The notes beneath the pieces are model-generated. The model worked only from the letters and a program-made list of their open reading frames with translations. It was not told the DNA's origin and ran no database searches. The translations under genes and the position numbers were made by a program. Shown piece after piece: positions 38,101-50,300 of a stretch of DNA of 64,000 nt (position 1 is its first letter; the number at the start of each line of letters is the position of its first letter). Source of the DNA: Phoronis australis (Eukaryota; Animalia; Phoronida); the NCBI GenBank assembly GCA_002633005.1, contig NMRA01000300.1:415992-479991 (forward strand), given 5' to 3'.

Positions 38101-41100
38101 CCATGTACATGTAGACTTTAATACTCGGATGTTCGACCTAGTTATCTTTCATGGAAGTGCAGAGATAGGTTATAGAGTTTGCCTCACCTTCTTGTTTCTA
38201 ACAAGGCCCAAATGGCTTCCGCCATGCTGGCACGGTCCACTTGACCATCGAGAATATCAAACAACGCGCGCGCATGTATGTTAATCTGGATTTCAGATCT
38301 AAGAGTGTCATCTTCTAAGATCAAAACTCCTGTTGTAATTCATCGTTGCAATCAGTTCAATGTTTGCTTGCCAGTTACGACAACACTTTTGTTTCTACTT
38401 CAGATACAGCTGATAGCATACAACTACGAGCTCTTTAGTACGGTGGCAGCTGCTCGCCAGTTTCCGTCCGGTCTTGCCATTATCTCACTTTTAGTCAAGG
38501 TAGGTTCACTTCATTTAATTAGGAATGTTTAATCCTGACTGCATGTTACTTTCCTAACCCGATCAAGAGGAGCTAAATTTTTAGAGACGGTTTTAAACTA
38601 CGTTTTAACAGGTGTGAATTTCTCGAAATTCTACAATTGCTGTTCTTAGTTTGAGTTTGTGTTTTGCAGATTGGTGAAGCAAATAACACGGAATTTTCCA
38701 AAATTTCATCTATTTTACCAGAAATAAAGTACAGGTGTAAGTACGATCAAACTATTCAGGTATAATATCCAATCGTAATAACCAGAGCAATTTCCGGTAA
38801 TAGAAATGTATGTTCGTAATTTCACAACAAAACTAAAGATGCCCCACCTAGTGTTGGTAAATATGTTGGTAAATGTCTATATATTACGTTTCTTTAACTA
38901 CAACTAAGTGATCAAAATAGCCACCTTATCAAACAAAGCCCAAACACATTACAGATATGAGTGCAAGAATCGACGGCATTCTACTGCGCGAATTACTTCC
39001 ACCCACAGAGAGCTTTGTGACGTATGAGGGGTCCATGACACAGCCCGGATGTGAGGAGAGTGTCACGTGGATAGTTATGAATAAACCGATTTACATTTCA
39101 AAGGAACAGGTAAGACATTTCAAACAAGCGAAGGATGTTGTCTGTACAAGCATTGACATTTGACTGTAGTGGGTCCCGTTTTGTCGATGGTCATTAAGTG
39201 TGGTTTTAGGTACATAACCGACGGTCGTATCTTTGGTTTAGTACACACAACTCTTTAATGATACGCCTGAATACACGTTTAGTCTGAACATAAAAATAGC
39301 AAATCACCGTCAGTTGTAATGCTCCGCTCTTTTAAAAGCAAAGAAACAAAGCATCTTATGTGTACTATTATGCCTACGACCTACGGCTATCTGTAATAGA
39401 GCTTCGACTGAACCGGAGATCTGAATAAAATGACCCCTTCAGCTGAAAGGAAATACATCCAGTGAAACCAACGGCGTTTGTATTTTCACTACGTAAGTTC
39501 GTTCTGTCGGAGCAGTAGAATGGAAATGGCATGTCTGGTCACTGTCGCGAAAATTTACCTTCTTATGCTACATGTATATGTGCCAAGGCGCACGTTCCGT
39601 AAAGGCGAGAATTTCGCCATATATATTACAAGCAAAGCACGTGACCATACTAGCTTTTTAAGTGAGATGTCTGCTAAACTCTACACAGATACCATTCTCA
39701 AATCACTGCAGACAGGTGGAGCTGATCAGGCTATTCCACACTGAAGACAGGTGCTGCACCCTTCGTCGCTAACATCGACATCCTTGACACAGTGAAAATG
39801 ATGATGAAACTTGAAGCCATTTCATTAATATAGAAACAAAGTGAAGATAAAAACAGGGACCACCAAAATGACCGCGTACTGGTCGATATTGACAAATACT
39901 TGCAAGAAGACTAAATAATATTATTTGTATATGGTGAATTCGTTAAAGGAGAATGCCACCCCAAAAATAGCCTATTTTGTATCAATCTAGATCGAGTAGT
40001 TCTACTCGATAACGGCACGTTCGGTTGCGTTACCTGACACCTGATGGCAGGCGGAGGTGTTGAAATTATCCGATGACTTCATTGGTTTCACACGCAGTCT
40101 GTTCAGCAGTTCACAACACGGGTTACTGGAGTCAGCTTATCGCTTGAATTCATCGTTTAACACCAATAAATTATCAAACTTCGATGTAATACCCTTAAAA
40201 ATACACCGAATTCTTATAAAAACGTGTTGTTTTATTTCGCTGTTACGGATTTATTGGTATTTGGACACACTGTAGCCTACAAAGTTCGGCAGGCCAAGTT
40301 ACCAAGGCCATAGCAGGAGTTTGGGGTGTGTTCGGAGATAAATTCGAAGTGTTTTTCCGTGAAATACACACAGGAGAACATAGATCTGTGTTATTTAGAC
40401 TTGCGATTTTTTGAGTTCTAAACACACAAAACGCTTGTTATCCCGGCCAGTGGCTCGGAACCCGATCAGACCCGACGCGGCCGCCGGGACTGGCACGAAC
40501 ATAAACCAGCTGGACTTAGAAACTAAACTTCCAGTCACGAAAAGACTATAATAGTGAGCCAAATATATAAAGTGCACGTAATTATTTACGTGAATTAGCC
40601 ACGAAACTGAAAATCTACTTACTTGTCGGGGGCCACGAAATCTGGTTCCCCTTCCACAGACCGTCAGGGCAAAGGTTGTACAGTAACAAATATTTGAATA
40701 ATGTATTTGTATTTCTAAATAAAGATTCCCCTAACATGTGACCATAGCATAATAAAGCACTGAATTAGCATGTGCTCACACGGCCTCGGTGCCCGGTCAA
40801 TATAGTTTTATTGCATCTAAAACCTGTAACGCAGTAGTTTATTCATTGCTGGTTTCTCAACATTTGCACTCACGAATACTGCAAAGGCATACCAAATTGT
40901 ATCTAATTAGACAGACTTTGTTTCAGTTTTTATAAGCATTGGTTTGGATGAGAATAATTCATTTTGAAACAGAACGCAGAATAATAAATGTATACATGGC
41001 AACTCGCCCGGCGCCAACCCCGACTTAGTCAAGAGCTCATCCGACGAAGACTTCACGGGTGGGATCGTTGAGTTTCACAGGCTATCAGTTCGAACCGGAA

Positions 41101-42286
41101 TACACTGATCAAGAAATACTAGAGAGGCGCCGTGAGCAAGCACAGGCAACGGAACCTATGGGTAGTTTTTGATTAGCCGAAATTCGTCAGAGAAATCACT
41201 GTCGACGAAATGCCGGCCACAGACACGGAGATGTTTCACGGCCTCATTCTTGATATTAACAGCGTACCTTTCATTCTTCACTACCGCGAGTCACTTCCTA
41301 AGCATTCCGGGCTCTCGAGGAAGTCGAAAAAACGATATACCCGCTTTCTTCGCAGCTTCATAGTCGCGACAAACGGGAACGATGCACCGCAATATAGCGG
41401 CATTCACTCTGCATACGAACCACTGACGTTGCTGCGTCGTTTCTCTGCTCTCGGCAAGGTGAGGTCGACCGCATAAGAGGTGATGTGGATATAGACCGAT
41501 CAAGACGGTAAAAAAGACTAATTAAATCGGGTGGCATTCTCCTTCAATTCATTCAAAGCATTAACTGAAGCACAAATAAACATTCTCCAAATTTACATTG
41601 ATGACATTGCCAAGTTTGTACAAAGATGAATACATGTAGTTTTACAACACAGTTGTCGGTGTATAATTACGTACTAACGGTCTCAGATTCAGATGAGCGA
41701 AATGTTACGGAAATGGTTGGTTGTTCTTATTTTCAAGTCGAGGAACAAAACGATAGGTACGGAAGATGTATCAGCACAAGGATAAATTGCGAATAAAAAA
41801 TCAACATGTTTTTGTGACAAATCGTGTTCCCACATTTCTTCATTTTGTCTCACTTGTCTGGCAATAATTAAACGTACACCTTTATTAGACTTAACCGAGG
41901 GCAACTATTTTTCTAAAATTTAGTTTGAAAGAACTCTCCCTGCATCTTTAAAATACTCATTGTAAAGTTTATTGAAATAACCTTGTAAACAGAACAGTGA
42001 CTATACATGTACCTATTGTACGATTAGTTTGGTACATTATTACGTTATCTTACAATAAGCATCTCAGCCAATTTTTCTAAATTATCGAATTTAGCTCTGA
42101 CCTCCGCATCATCAAAATATTGTCCTCGATACAATTTTGCTTTCTTTCTTACAGATGTCTGCTCTACGGGATCTCGTGCAAGGCCCGAACACTCATCCCA
42201 GCGTAATGCCGGTATCTGATAACTTACGCCCAGTTAAACCTTTACACCACAGAGTTCTCAGGACAAACATAAATTTTGAAGATCCA
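26144..42286 (+). CDS. CA10: Carbonic anhydrase-related protein (acatalytic, CA10/CA11/CARP-like), secreted; at least 8 exons, terminal exon unresolved
   Basis: Exons 26144-26216 (signal peptide, less certain), 32486-32536 (WSEWWSYEGIAG), 36589-36725 ([25 protein letters not shown]), 37471-37656 (NTG...GGPLSYKY...TIHFG...GSEHTING), 38404-38499 (IQLIAYN), 38670-38736, 38955-39109 (TYEGSMTQPGCEESVTWIV), 42155-42286 (DNLRPVKPLHHRVLRTNINF). All phases are compatible, 299 aa so far. The symbol denotes family similarity, not proven orthology. Confidence 0.92.
27447..27571. repeat. 25-bp minisatellite, 5 copies
   Basis: GGACCAACAGTCCTGATTTATAAAT units starting at 27447, 27472, 27497, 27522, 27547. 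Confidence 0.92.
31995..32187. mobile_element. Member of a dispersed short element family with CAGTGGCGGATCTAG-type ends
   Basis: CTAGATCCGCCACTG at 32173-32187. Related ends at ~6127-6141, 27687-27702, 46905-46920, 51483-51500 and a two-ended copy at ~56075-56374, each with G/C runs inside. Boundaries approximate. Confidence 0.55.
39947..41543. mobile_element. Non-autonomous Kolobok-like DNA transposon in a CARP intron
   Basis: 15-bp TIRs AGGAGAATGCCACCC / GGGTGGCATTCTCCT flanked by TTAA and TCAA (mutated TSD). Contains a THAP remnant (-) and a YQFEPEY ORF remnant (+) in convergent orientation. Confidence 0.82.
41190..41395 (-). pseudogene. THAP zinc-finger domain remnant (transposase N-terminus)
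   Basis: ILRCIVPVCRDYEAAKKAGISFFRLPREPGMLRK*LAVVKNERY...HLRVCGRHFVDSDF gives the C2CH signature. The conserved Trp codon is TGA. Confidence 0.85.
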
Positions 42287-42639
42287 GTGAGTACACGAGG
42301 GACCAGCATTAAATCCGCGTTTTGGCGAAGAAACTAGATATGACTTACTTTAGGTCATATCTAACCGCCTTTGCGTCGGTCTCAACTTTTCCCTAGCAAC
42401 AAGGGCAATTATTTTGGCGTTGCAAAGAATTGAAGTGTTTTATTCCTTTTTCAACAAAGGAAGTTATTACATACGAAAATTTCAAATTTCAGTTGATCCA
42501 TTCTTGTTGTTTTATTTGCCGATTTATATTCTACATTTCGTGAAACAATAGTATCCTTGGGAGGATCTGGATCGCCTTATTTAGTTTCAGATTTATTTTC
42601 TACGTTATTCCATGAAAAAAGTTTAACGTGCATGTATGA

Positions 42640-42692
42640 TGCTCCGTGACGCTCGCTCCGTGATGTTCACTCCGTGACGCTCGCTCCATGAC
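42640..42692. repeat. Short GCTCCGTGACGCTC tandem repeat, ~4 copies
   Basis: Seen directly in the sequence. Confidence 0.7.
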
Positions 42693-42862
42693 AAACCAAA
42701 TTGCGGAGCATGATCTCAAGCCATGAAACTGAATGTTTTTCCAAGCCCAAAAATCACCTCTAATTTGAGGACAATTTTGAGATCAATTTCATAAGGTTAA
42801 ATGGTGTAAAGCAAAGTTGTTTTTTGTAATATTAAGCGGGTTTAAACACTTTAAGCACCAAG

Positions 42863-42899
<37 letters not shown>

Positions 42900-45030
42900 A
42901 ATGTAACGATTTAATACTTGAAGAGAGGTAGCAAAGATGAAAATGACGGTAATTGTGCAATGAACACGTAACATTTCCTGAAAGTAGTTAAATAACAACA
43001 ATATTTGATAATGTAGATACCGAGATGTAACGTTTGGGACCTGATTGTATGTTATTTTGTATACTCTTGAAATTGTATTTTTTCAAACTGTTTTGGGAAA
43101 ACTTGATGATCGAACCTACGAACGACGTTGTGTTGAAATTGACCTCCCTTTTGAACTGTCCTTGTCACAGGGCACTGTTGAAGTAATGCGGAAAACATTT
43201 TTATATGGCCGTATTACACTAGAGTGGTTCAACACGTACGGGATAAAATGCATTGAAACAACACTTAACATTAATGATAGCAAGTGGTTAGGTCCGAAAC
43301 CCATCATAAGAATTCGACTCGTAGCGTGCATAACGATTGTTTAACTTTTGAATCAACTCTCCAATAAAGTTTTGTAATCTGGTGACATGGCTGGGTGAAA
43401 TCACCATGCACTAGAAGAATCCGCCAGTTTCCATCTCGATATCGTCGTTTTCCTTGCAGAGCCGCCTGTGTAATATGGAGCGAGTGGTGGCATATAAAGC
43501 CAACAACGAAGATGACGAGAAACTAAAAGATGTCAAGAAGACGTGAAGAAAGGGGTGAAAGAAATATTGAGAACTCTGGTGTAGTTGTAGTGAGAATCTC
43601 TTAGTACACACGGAGGATGAACAACGGGGATAATGTTCATTGAGGTTCCATTCCTACTTAGTGAGACACTGACTCTCTTCCAGGCACATTTTGTGTTCAA
43701 GATCACGTGCTAATGGAGAAATCCGCCACGTGCAAGTGAACATTATGGATATAGACTATGTTTCTATAAACAAGCCTAAAGAAATACGTTCATGGAAGAA
43801 ATCTTCGACTTAATTGCAAATGACACATCTAATTGTATAAACACAGTCTTTATAGTTTGTAGCCAACTTTAGGAACATGGAGATGCGAGATGTTCGTCCC
43901 TATATAGAACTCCATCACTCGAACTCGGTTGTCGCCACCACACAGCCGTTAAATATTCCCCACACCTCATATGTTCCTATAACCCCACGGTTATCATCAA
44001 CCTCTCCCGCTACGCGTCACCGATCCTTGCGGCTCAAATGAGAACTACGCTTGTACTGCTTGCGAGCAATATTAACTATGGGAACACATTGTCTGTAAGC
44101 AAACCTACTCCTAGTCTGTACCGGGAGTGTATACCGGTCTGGTTTCTAATTTGCAATTAAAAGTCGTAAGAGCAGGAATAACTAAAAATTATACGAAAGC
44201 CATAAACTTCTCTTACTCAGATTTTTGTTAAATGGACATAATCGATCGGGTGTTGCGTCCGTAAAACGAATTTTGGGAAATCTCCGATCATAGCTATAGG
44301 ACAACAAAGTCCGTGGTGTTTTTTTTTGTAATTTGATTACAAATCGCCAATTCTCGCTGCTGTCCTCCAGCCGGCGCTGAAATCAAGTTTTTGCGACTTA
44401 GCCTACAGTAGATACATTCAAAATATTCTGCCCAATATCGAGCGCAGGGCTTTTGTAGCTACGTCAGGATTGCGATGAATTCTTGAGAGGTTGGATTCCA
44501 CGCAGCGGCTGGTCTTGGAAAGCCACTTTTTGTCGTGTATGTCACTTACACCTCTAGATGCCGGCAAACTTAAAAAATGGCAATGATGTCCATCTTCACT
44601 ATAGGAGAGCAATTTTCGGTCGGAGAAATAGTAAACCGTTTCAACTAAGTAGCTTTTTATAATGTTGTGAACAGGATAATTAAGAGAAAGCTACCGCCTA
44701 AATAGTGCAAGACAATACAATGTGAAACGCAAGACTTCTTTCAGGTAGTGTTAATTTTTCTCAATGTCTTTATGGCTTATTTCACAATTAATTTACGCGA
44801 AATAAGTTTTCTGTTCAGAGGTCGCATTTTATTGGAAATTTACAGTTTCATAACTGAAAAGCAAAACCAAACGAATGGGGACGTTCCAAGTTCGTGTTTT
44901 CATTTGCACATCTGTGAACTTAAGACATTTGTCTGTTTAGGTGTTTATTTACAGGGAATTGCGACACTCAGGTGTCAAGAAACAGTTAACTCAGAACTAT
45001 ATCATTGTAATCAGAGCCGAAGGCGTTTTT

Positions 45031-48000
45031 TTATCTCCTTGAGAGACCCCAGCTTGGAGGCACTTTGTTGCCGGTCTTCATGAAAGCCTCGACTTTGATG
45101 CAACCCACCTCGTGTCCAGCTGACGAATCCGACAAACGGAGATAAGCCATATAGCCGCCCTGAAATGTACAGAGGTCAGGCATTGAAGTATCACAAAGAT
45201 TTCGATACGGATTGATTGTCCTCGACTGAAATCGATAACGGACGGCGAATATGCAAAACGGGATTTCTTGCTCGGATATGACAAACTGCGGGAAAAACAT
45301 TGGTGTAATTCGAGGAAGGTGAATAAAACGGGGTCTATTTGTTTCATACCAACGTGCCCTAGGACAAAATCACACATGTTTGTTTTACGCTTCAGACAAC
45401 TATTTTCTTCTGATAGATATTTTAATCTCACTTGGACTGACTATGACAAAAGGTTATTCATTAAGAATAAAAGGGGTCACAAAAAACACTCTCCCTCACT
45501 CTCCCTCCCTCCCTCCCTCCATCCCTCCCCCCTTCCCTCCCTCCGTCCCCCCTTCCNNNNNNNNNNNNNNNNNNNNNNNNNNNNNNNNNNNNNNNNNNNN
45601 NNNNNNNNNNNNNNNNNNNNNNNNNNNNNNNNNNNNNNNNNNNNNNNNNNNNNNNNNNNNNNNNNNNNNNNNNNNNNNNNNNNNNNNNNNNNNNNNNNNN
45701 NNNNNNNNNNNTCTCTCTCTCTCTCTCTCTGCTTCCGACCCCTAAAGTGGGCAAAGGAGCCTCAAAGTGGTTAAAAGAACCTAAGGTGGGTTAAGGAGCC
45801 CTGAGGTGGGTTAAGGAGCCCTGAGGTGGGTTAAGGAGCCCTAAGGTGGGTAATGGAGTCCTAAGGTGTGTAATGCGGCCCTGAGGTGGGTATAGGAGCC
45901 CTAAGCTGGGTAAAGGAGCGCTAAGCTGGGTGGCCTAAACTTTGAACTGTATCCATTGATCAATTACGCGTAGTGATTACTGTTTGACAAAAACATCTTT
46001 AGCAAGTAAGCACGCGTGTCTAAGCCATCCGGTAATGTTTCATTAAAGTTGTCATCACTCGAAGTTTACTTACCTGAGCAAAATTTAAGAAAACCGAGTG
46101 CCACGGTGTCGGTAGCCTAGTCGGCGTTGGCGGAATGACATACGAGCCTGCTTTCAACGGACACGTACATCCAAGTCTGTTTGTAGTCAATAAATCAGGG
46201 CAGCCCCAAGTCAGTTGGTGGAAGAACCCGTATGCACACGGCATCAAGTACATGGCTTTGTACAACTTCCTGTTTAAAAATCAAACCTTTAATATTCAAG
46301 TAGGCATCAGATACTCATTTTCTCAAAACATAAAATAAGTCTGAAGTCCACCGTATGTACCATTAAAAAGTGTGTTGAAAATCGAAAAAGGTATTTACTG
46401 CTTAAGATAAAGGTGTTATATTACAGTTTACCACGAAACACAAAACTGAATATGAAATGTAAGCTTCCAGTCACATTTAGTGGTAATTCAATAAATCTAC
46501 GAAGCAAAATAACGATTTCAACTGAAAATTAAAGAGGAACGTATACAAAACTAGATGATGTAAACTAACATGTTAACTTAGAGTGCACGTCATCATGCTT
46601 GTTTCATAGAAGGGTTTGGTTACGGTTGTAATATCGCGAGCGTCTGTCATATTGCATTGCTTTTATATAAGATAGGCCTCCGAATTATGAAAACCCATCA
46701 GAGTGAGAAACTATCCACATACGAAAAATATTTTTGGTCAAAGTCTATCTAATATTGCCTTGAAGGCGACTTCGAAATTTTGCTTTGCGGTGGAGTTTGT
46801 GCGAGTGTTCAAAAAGTTGTTTAGTAGCACTTAAAATACATGCGTTTCGCCTCATAAAGTTACCGCAAAACAGTGTCTTGATCACCTCTCAGTTCAGACC
46901 CCCTCTAGTGGCAGATCTAGAAAGAAGTAGGGGAGGGAGCAACCACTACTTTCGGAGGAACACCTCCGCCTTAGCCCTAAAGACGACATGCTTGACGGCC
47001 CTTTGCTTTCTTTGTTTATCCCCATGATGTGTGCAAGTGAGTGAACACCCAATCTTCCATGACTGTTTTGTCTCCTGAAGCGCCTACACTGTACTTGTTG
47101 AGTGTTCTGCCGTGCCCAGTGTTTAAAAATTTCAGTGACTTTCAATTTTACAAGTTACCAATTTAACAGATCACTAATCTTGTGACAATATGATAGGACA
47201 AGAGGGGTTTCAGTAAGGCTAAACATTGCTCTTTGTAAGGAGTTACACTCACCACCATCTGATGAACTTGTCAGGCTCAAGTGTTTGCCACGTTCCAGTC
47301 GCATTTGTTTTGAAGTCAATGCTGAGTCGAGTTGATCTTTGAAAATCATGCTGCAACAGGAAGTCGTAGCTGAAGGTCAAGGTTCCAGTGATGTCGGCTG
47401 GGATAGGTGACACGCCGATGCTACGGAGCTTCAAAACTCTGTCCGGGTCAGTACCTGCGAGAAGAAATTCATTTAATAGCGGATTGTGTGACAGAAATTA
47501 ATTTTTTTAATGTTTATTACGAAATATTCAACACAATGAATATACATAACCCAGAAAGCGCCAAGAGGCACTATATCTGGGTTAAAAATATACAAAGAAA
47601 TCTACTGTATATACAAATATTATACACAAATACATAAATTAAACAAACTAATGTTAATATTACAATGACATATGATTACAAATGTAAATAATTCATTTTC
47701 ATACACATGTATACAATTCTATCCACTAACACAAAGAGATTTAATATTAAAAAGAAATGTAGATACTATTTCGAGTAAAACCTGATTTTCATTTGGGTTG
47801 AGTTCCTGACATCCATATAGAAAAAAAAATAATTTTGTTGTACAATTGCGGAATTTCAGAATATTTTTTGTAAATATTGGGGTATTGCTCGAGTGTCTGG
47901 AAAAGCTGTACCCTCCGCTCCTTGCATACGTCACAAGCAAAGAAAACATGAGCATTTGTCTGGGTGTCTCCACAGGAACAAAGAGGCGAAATATTATTAG

Positions 48001-48989
48001 AATTATGTCTAAATTTCACGGTGTTTAGGATAGACCGCATCTTGGTCTGTTTAGGATTATTTCATGCTTGCAAGGAAGTTGGAATGATGTCAATGGGACT
48101 GGCAAGTCTTGAGTAGTGGTATGCATTTTAAATGAATAGGGCCTCTCTTATTTAAAGTTATAAGCGCGTATAATGTCACTCGTCATTTTGTGACTTTCCT
48201 CACTCCAACAGGACGGCGGTCGAAACCGGTCTTTGCTTCCACTTGGTACATGAACAGGGATACGTGTTATGCAAATGTTACAATGTACATATAGAATATG
48301 CAAACAGGAAATTACTAAATGGTGCAAGCTTAGACTATTCCATATTTTCCCAACAAGTATCATAAAGAGCACGTTCATAACTTGGCTATTACTTTGGGAA
48401 ACTCACATGCTACCTCTAATGGTGTACTGCTTGGTACTGAATTTGCTTTTATCAAGAGGAAAAAGTTCATACAGATTCTGAAATTTAATCGATACTTCTA
48501 GTTTTCCAAGATTATAAGGAACTCTTAGAAAATTTTTTTTTTCTAAAACGTGTTTTATTTAAATTTTGGTTGTGTTTAACTCCCTCGAGTTCACGCAGTC
48601 TCGCTTTACCAATAACAAAAATAACAAAAAAAAACAATGATTTGAAGCAGTTTGCAAACAGAATCTTTTCAAGCTATCAACCCAAATTATGATAGTGGTT
48701 GTGGCCGATTGTGGTACCCGACTGAGAATAGAACTTACCATTAACAGTGACACGTGCAGTGATAAAACTGCGGCAGTCTGACTGAAGCCGACCTCAAAGT
48801 AGTAAGTAGACTGGCACCACAACCAGGACAGAAACTACTGTCCACACGTATGGCAATATCAAAATCGTCAATTCGTTATAACAGGCATGAGAAAAATATG
48901 AAAAACGCACCACAGTCCGAGACTTTTAAGTACGTCAGCTGAGCACAGATGGCGCTAACTAAAGACAGCGAGGCAGCAAGACGTAACAT
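45031..48989 (-). CDS. GM2A: Ganglioside GM2 activator-like (ML-domain) secreted lipid-binding protein, 201 aa, 4 exons
   Basis: Exons 48989-48911 (MLRLAASLSLVSAICAQLTYLKVSDC), 47454-47253 (GTDPDRVLKLRSIGVSPIPADITG), 46269-46074 (CPDLLTTNRLGCTCPLKAGSYVIP), 45159-45031 (GGYMAYLRLSDSSAGHEVGCIKV...stop). GT-AG junctions with phases 1,2,0; 606 nt; in-frame stop upstream of the ATG. The symbol denotes family similarity. Confidence 0.88.
45490..45730. repeat. CT-rich low-complexity tract containing an assembly gap (N 45557-45711)
   Basis: (CCCT)n and (CT)n flank a run of N. Confidence 0.9.
45740..45932. repeat. 20-bp minisatellite, ~9-10 copies
   Basis: CCTAAGGTGGGTTAAGGAGC units in GM2A-like intron 3. 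Confidence 0.92.
47505..48040 (-). mobile_element. 5'-truncated LINE (second CR1/L2-group family), degenerate ORF2 C-terminus + 3' UTR
   Basis: LNTVKFRHNSNNISPLCSCGDTQTNAHVFFAC, then a frameshifted LLYG...NPNENQVLLEIVSTFL. This is the typical C-x-C...H..F.C tail of this LINE group. T-run at ~47502. Confidence 0.8.
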
Positions 48990-49608
48990 GATTGAGATCT
49001 CCGTCCGTGTGACAAATACTCAATCTACACGGGTACCTCATCATCACAAACAGTTCTGGGAGGTCCAGGAAGAGTTGGAATTATGATACTGGTTTCGCTA
49101 GTTGACTACAGGTGTCATGCCTGTCTTTTTACCTAAATACCACAATTAGGTCAATTTTGCGGAGCCAGTTAATGATGCGCTGGCCATATATCATAACAAT
49201 CCATGCACTCAGTTTTACATGAGCTCATTCGAAAGCTTTTCGTAGTTTTGTACAGTGGTGACTGTCAGAATAACGCAATAAAGTATATGTCAGTAACCAT
49301 AACACTGTCTATTTAAAAAAACAAGAACAAGGACTACAAACCTTAATGATACGAAAGATAGCTGATAGATAACACTATTATTTGTAACATATTTTTGATA
49401 TCAGTAAAGGTAATTTTGGGTGCGTTTCGTCACCGGGGTAGGCCTAGAAATGGAATGCACGCGCCCCTATTTCATTCTGTCTTCGTTGAGCTTGCAGGGT
49501 TTAGCCTACTAACCGACTATCACTAAAAATGAAGTATCTCGCCATTGCATTAGACTGCGAGGACTCAAAGATTGGAATTGTCGTCCCCATCAGGGTATTT
49601 TTTTCAAA

Positions 49609-50300
49609 GTGATATATATTTATTCATGGATACACAGAACATACAAAGAAATAATAACAAACCCAGAAACCGCGAAGCATTATATCTGGGTTGTAAACAA
49701 TCCATAAATGAAACTAATATACATAGAGGTATGTACAATTAAGTAGTATCTAAAATAAGTATCCCAATACTTAGATAGGCTATTACAGATATATAAAAAC
49801 AAAAATATGTACAGATTCATGTGAGGAAATCAGATGCAACAATATTGACAAACGGTACATAAAAATTTACTAACGTTGCTTAGGAGGAATTCGTTGAGAA
49901 CGAGGTCAAGGTTAGGACTACCATTCAATAATAATGTAACTCTAGAAGGGATATTATTACAAGAATTGAGAGCGTTAGCAATTGATTGATTTTCATTGAG
50001 TGCACGAAAGAGTGAGTCTCTCTGGTATTCGATGAGGGGACATTTGAAGAAAATATGAGGATACGATTGATGGACACTACATTTACAGTTTGGAGAGACA
50101 TTAATAAAGTTGTGCCTGAACTTGTCAGAGTTGAGGAAAAGGCCACATATTGATCTGTACAATGCTATTTCGTTATCGCGTGTAAGGGAGAATTGAGTCA
50201 AGGGTGTTGAGTTATCAAAATTATGAAAAACAGTTCTAAAATTATTTTTTATACTCGTAAAAGAGTTGCTTTCCTTAACAGAGAAATTCAAAACTGATCC
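49609..50300 (-). mobile_element. 5'-truncated LINE (CR1/L2-group), ORF2 C-terminus (49830-50291) + 3' UTR
   Basis: LNSDKFRHNFINVSPNCKCSVHQSYPHIFFKCP...LLLNGSPNL...N. The UTR recurs at 13850-14100 and 23467-23678. Confidence 0.85.

Noticed and set aside
41291-41293. TGA inside the THAP domain as selenocysteine or an alternative genetic code
   Set aside because: It sits at a conserved Trp (TGG to TGA transition) in a deleted transposon with no intact start; no evidence for recoding.
45268-45774. Long ORFs spanning X runs
   Set aside because: Artefact of the N gap and the CT-rich repeat.
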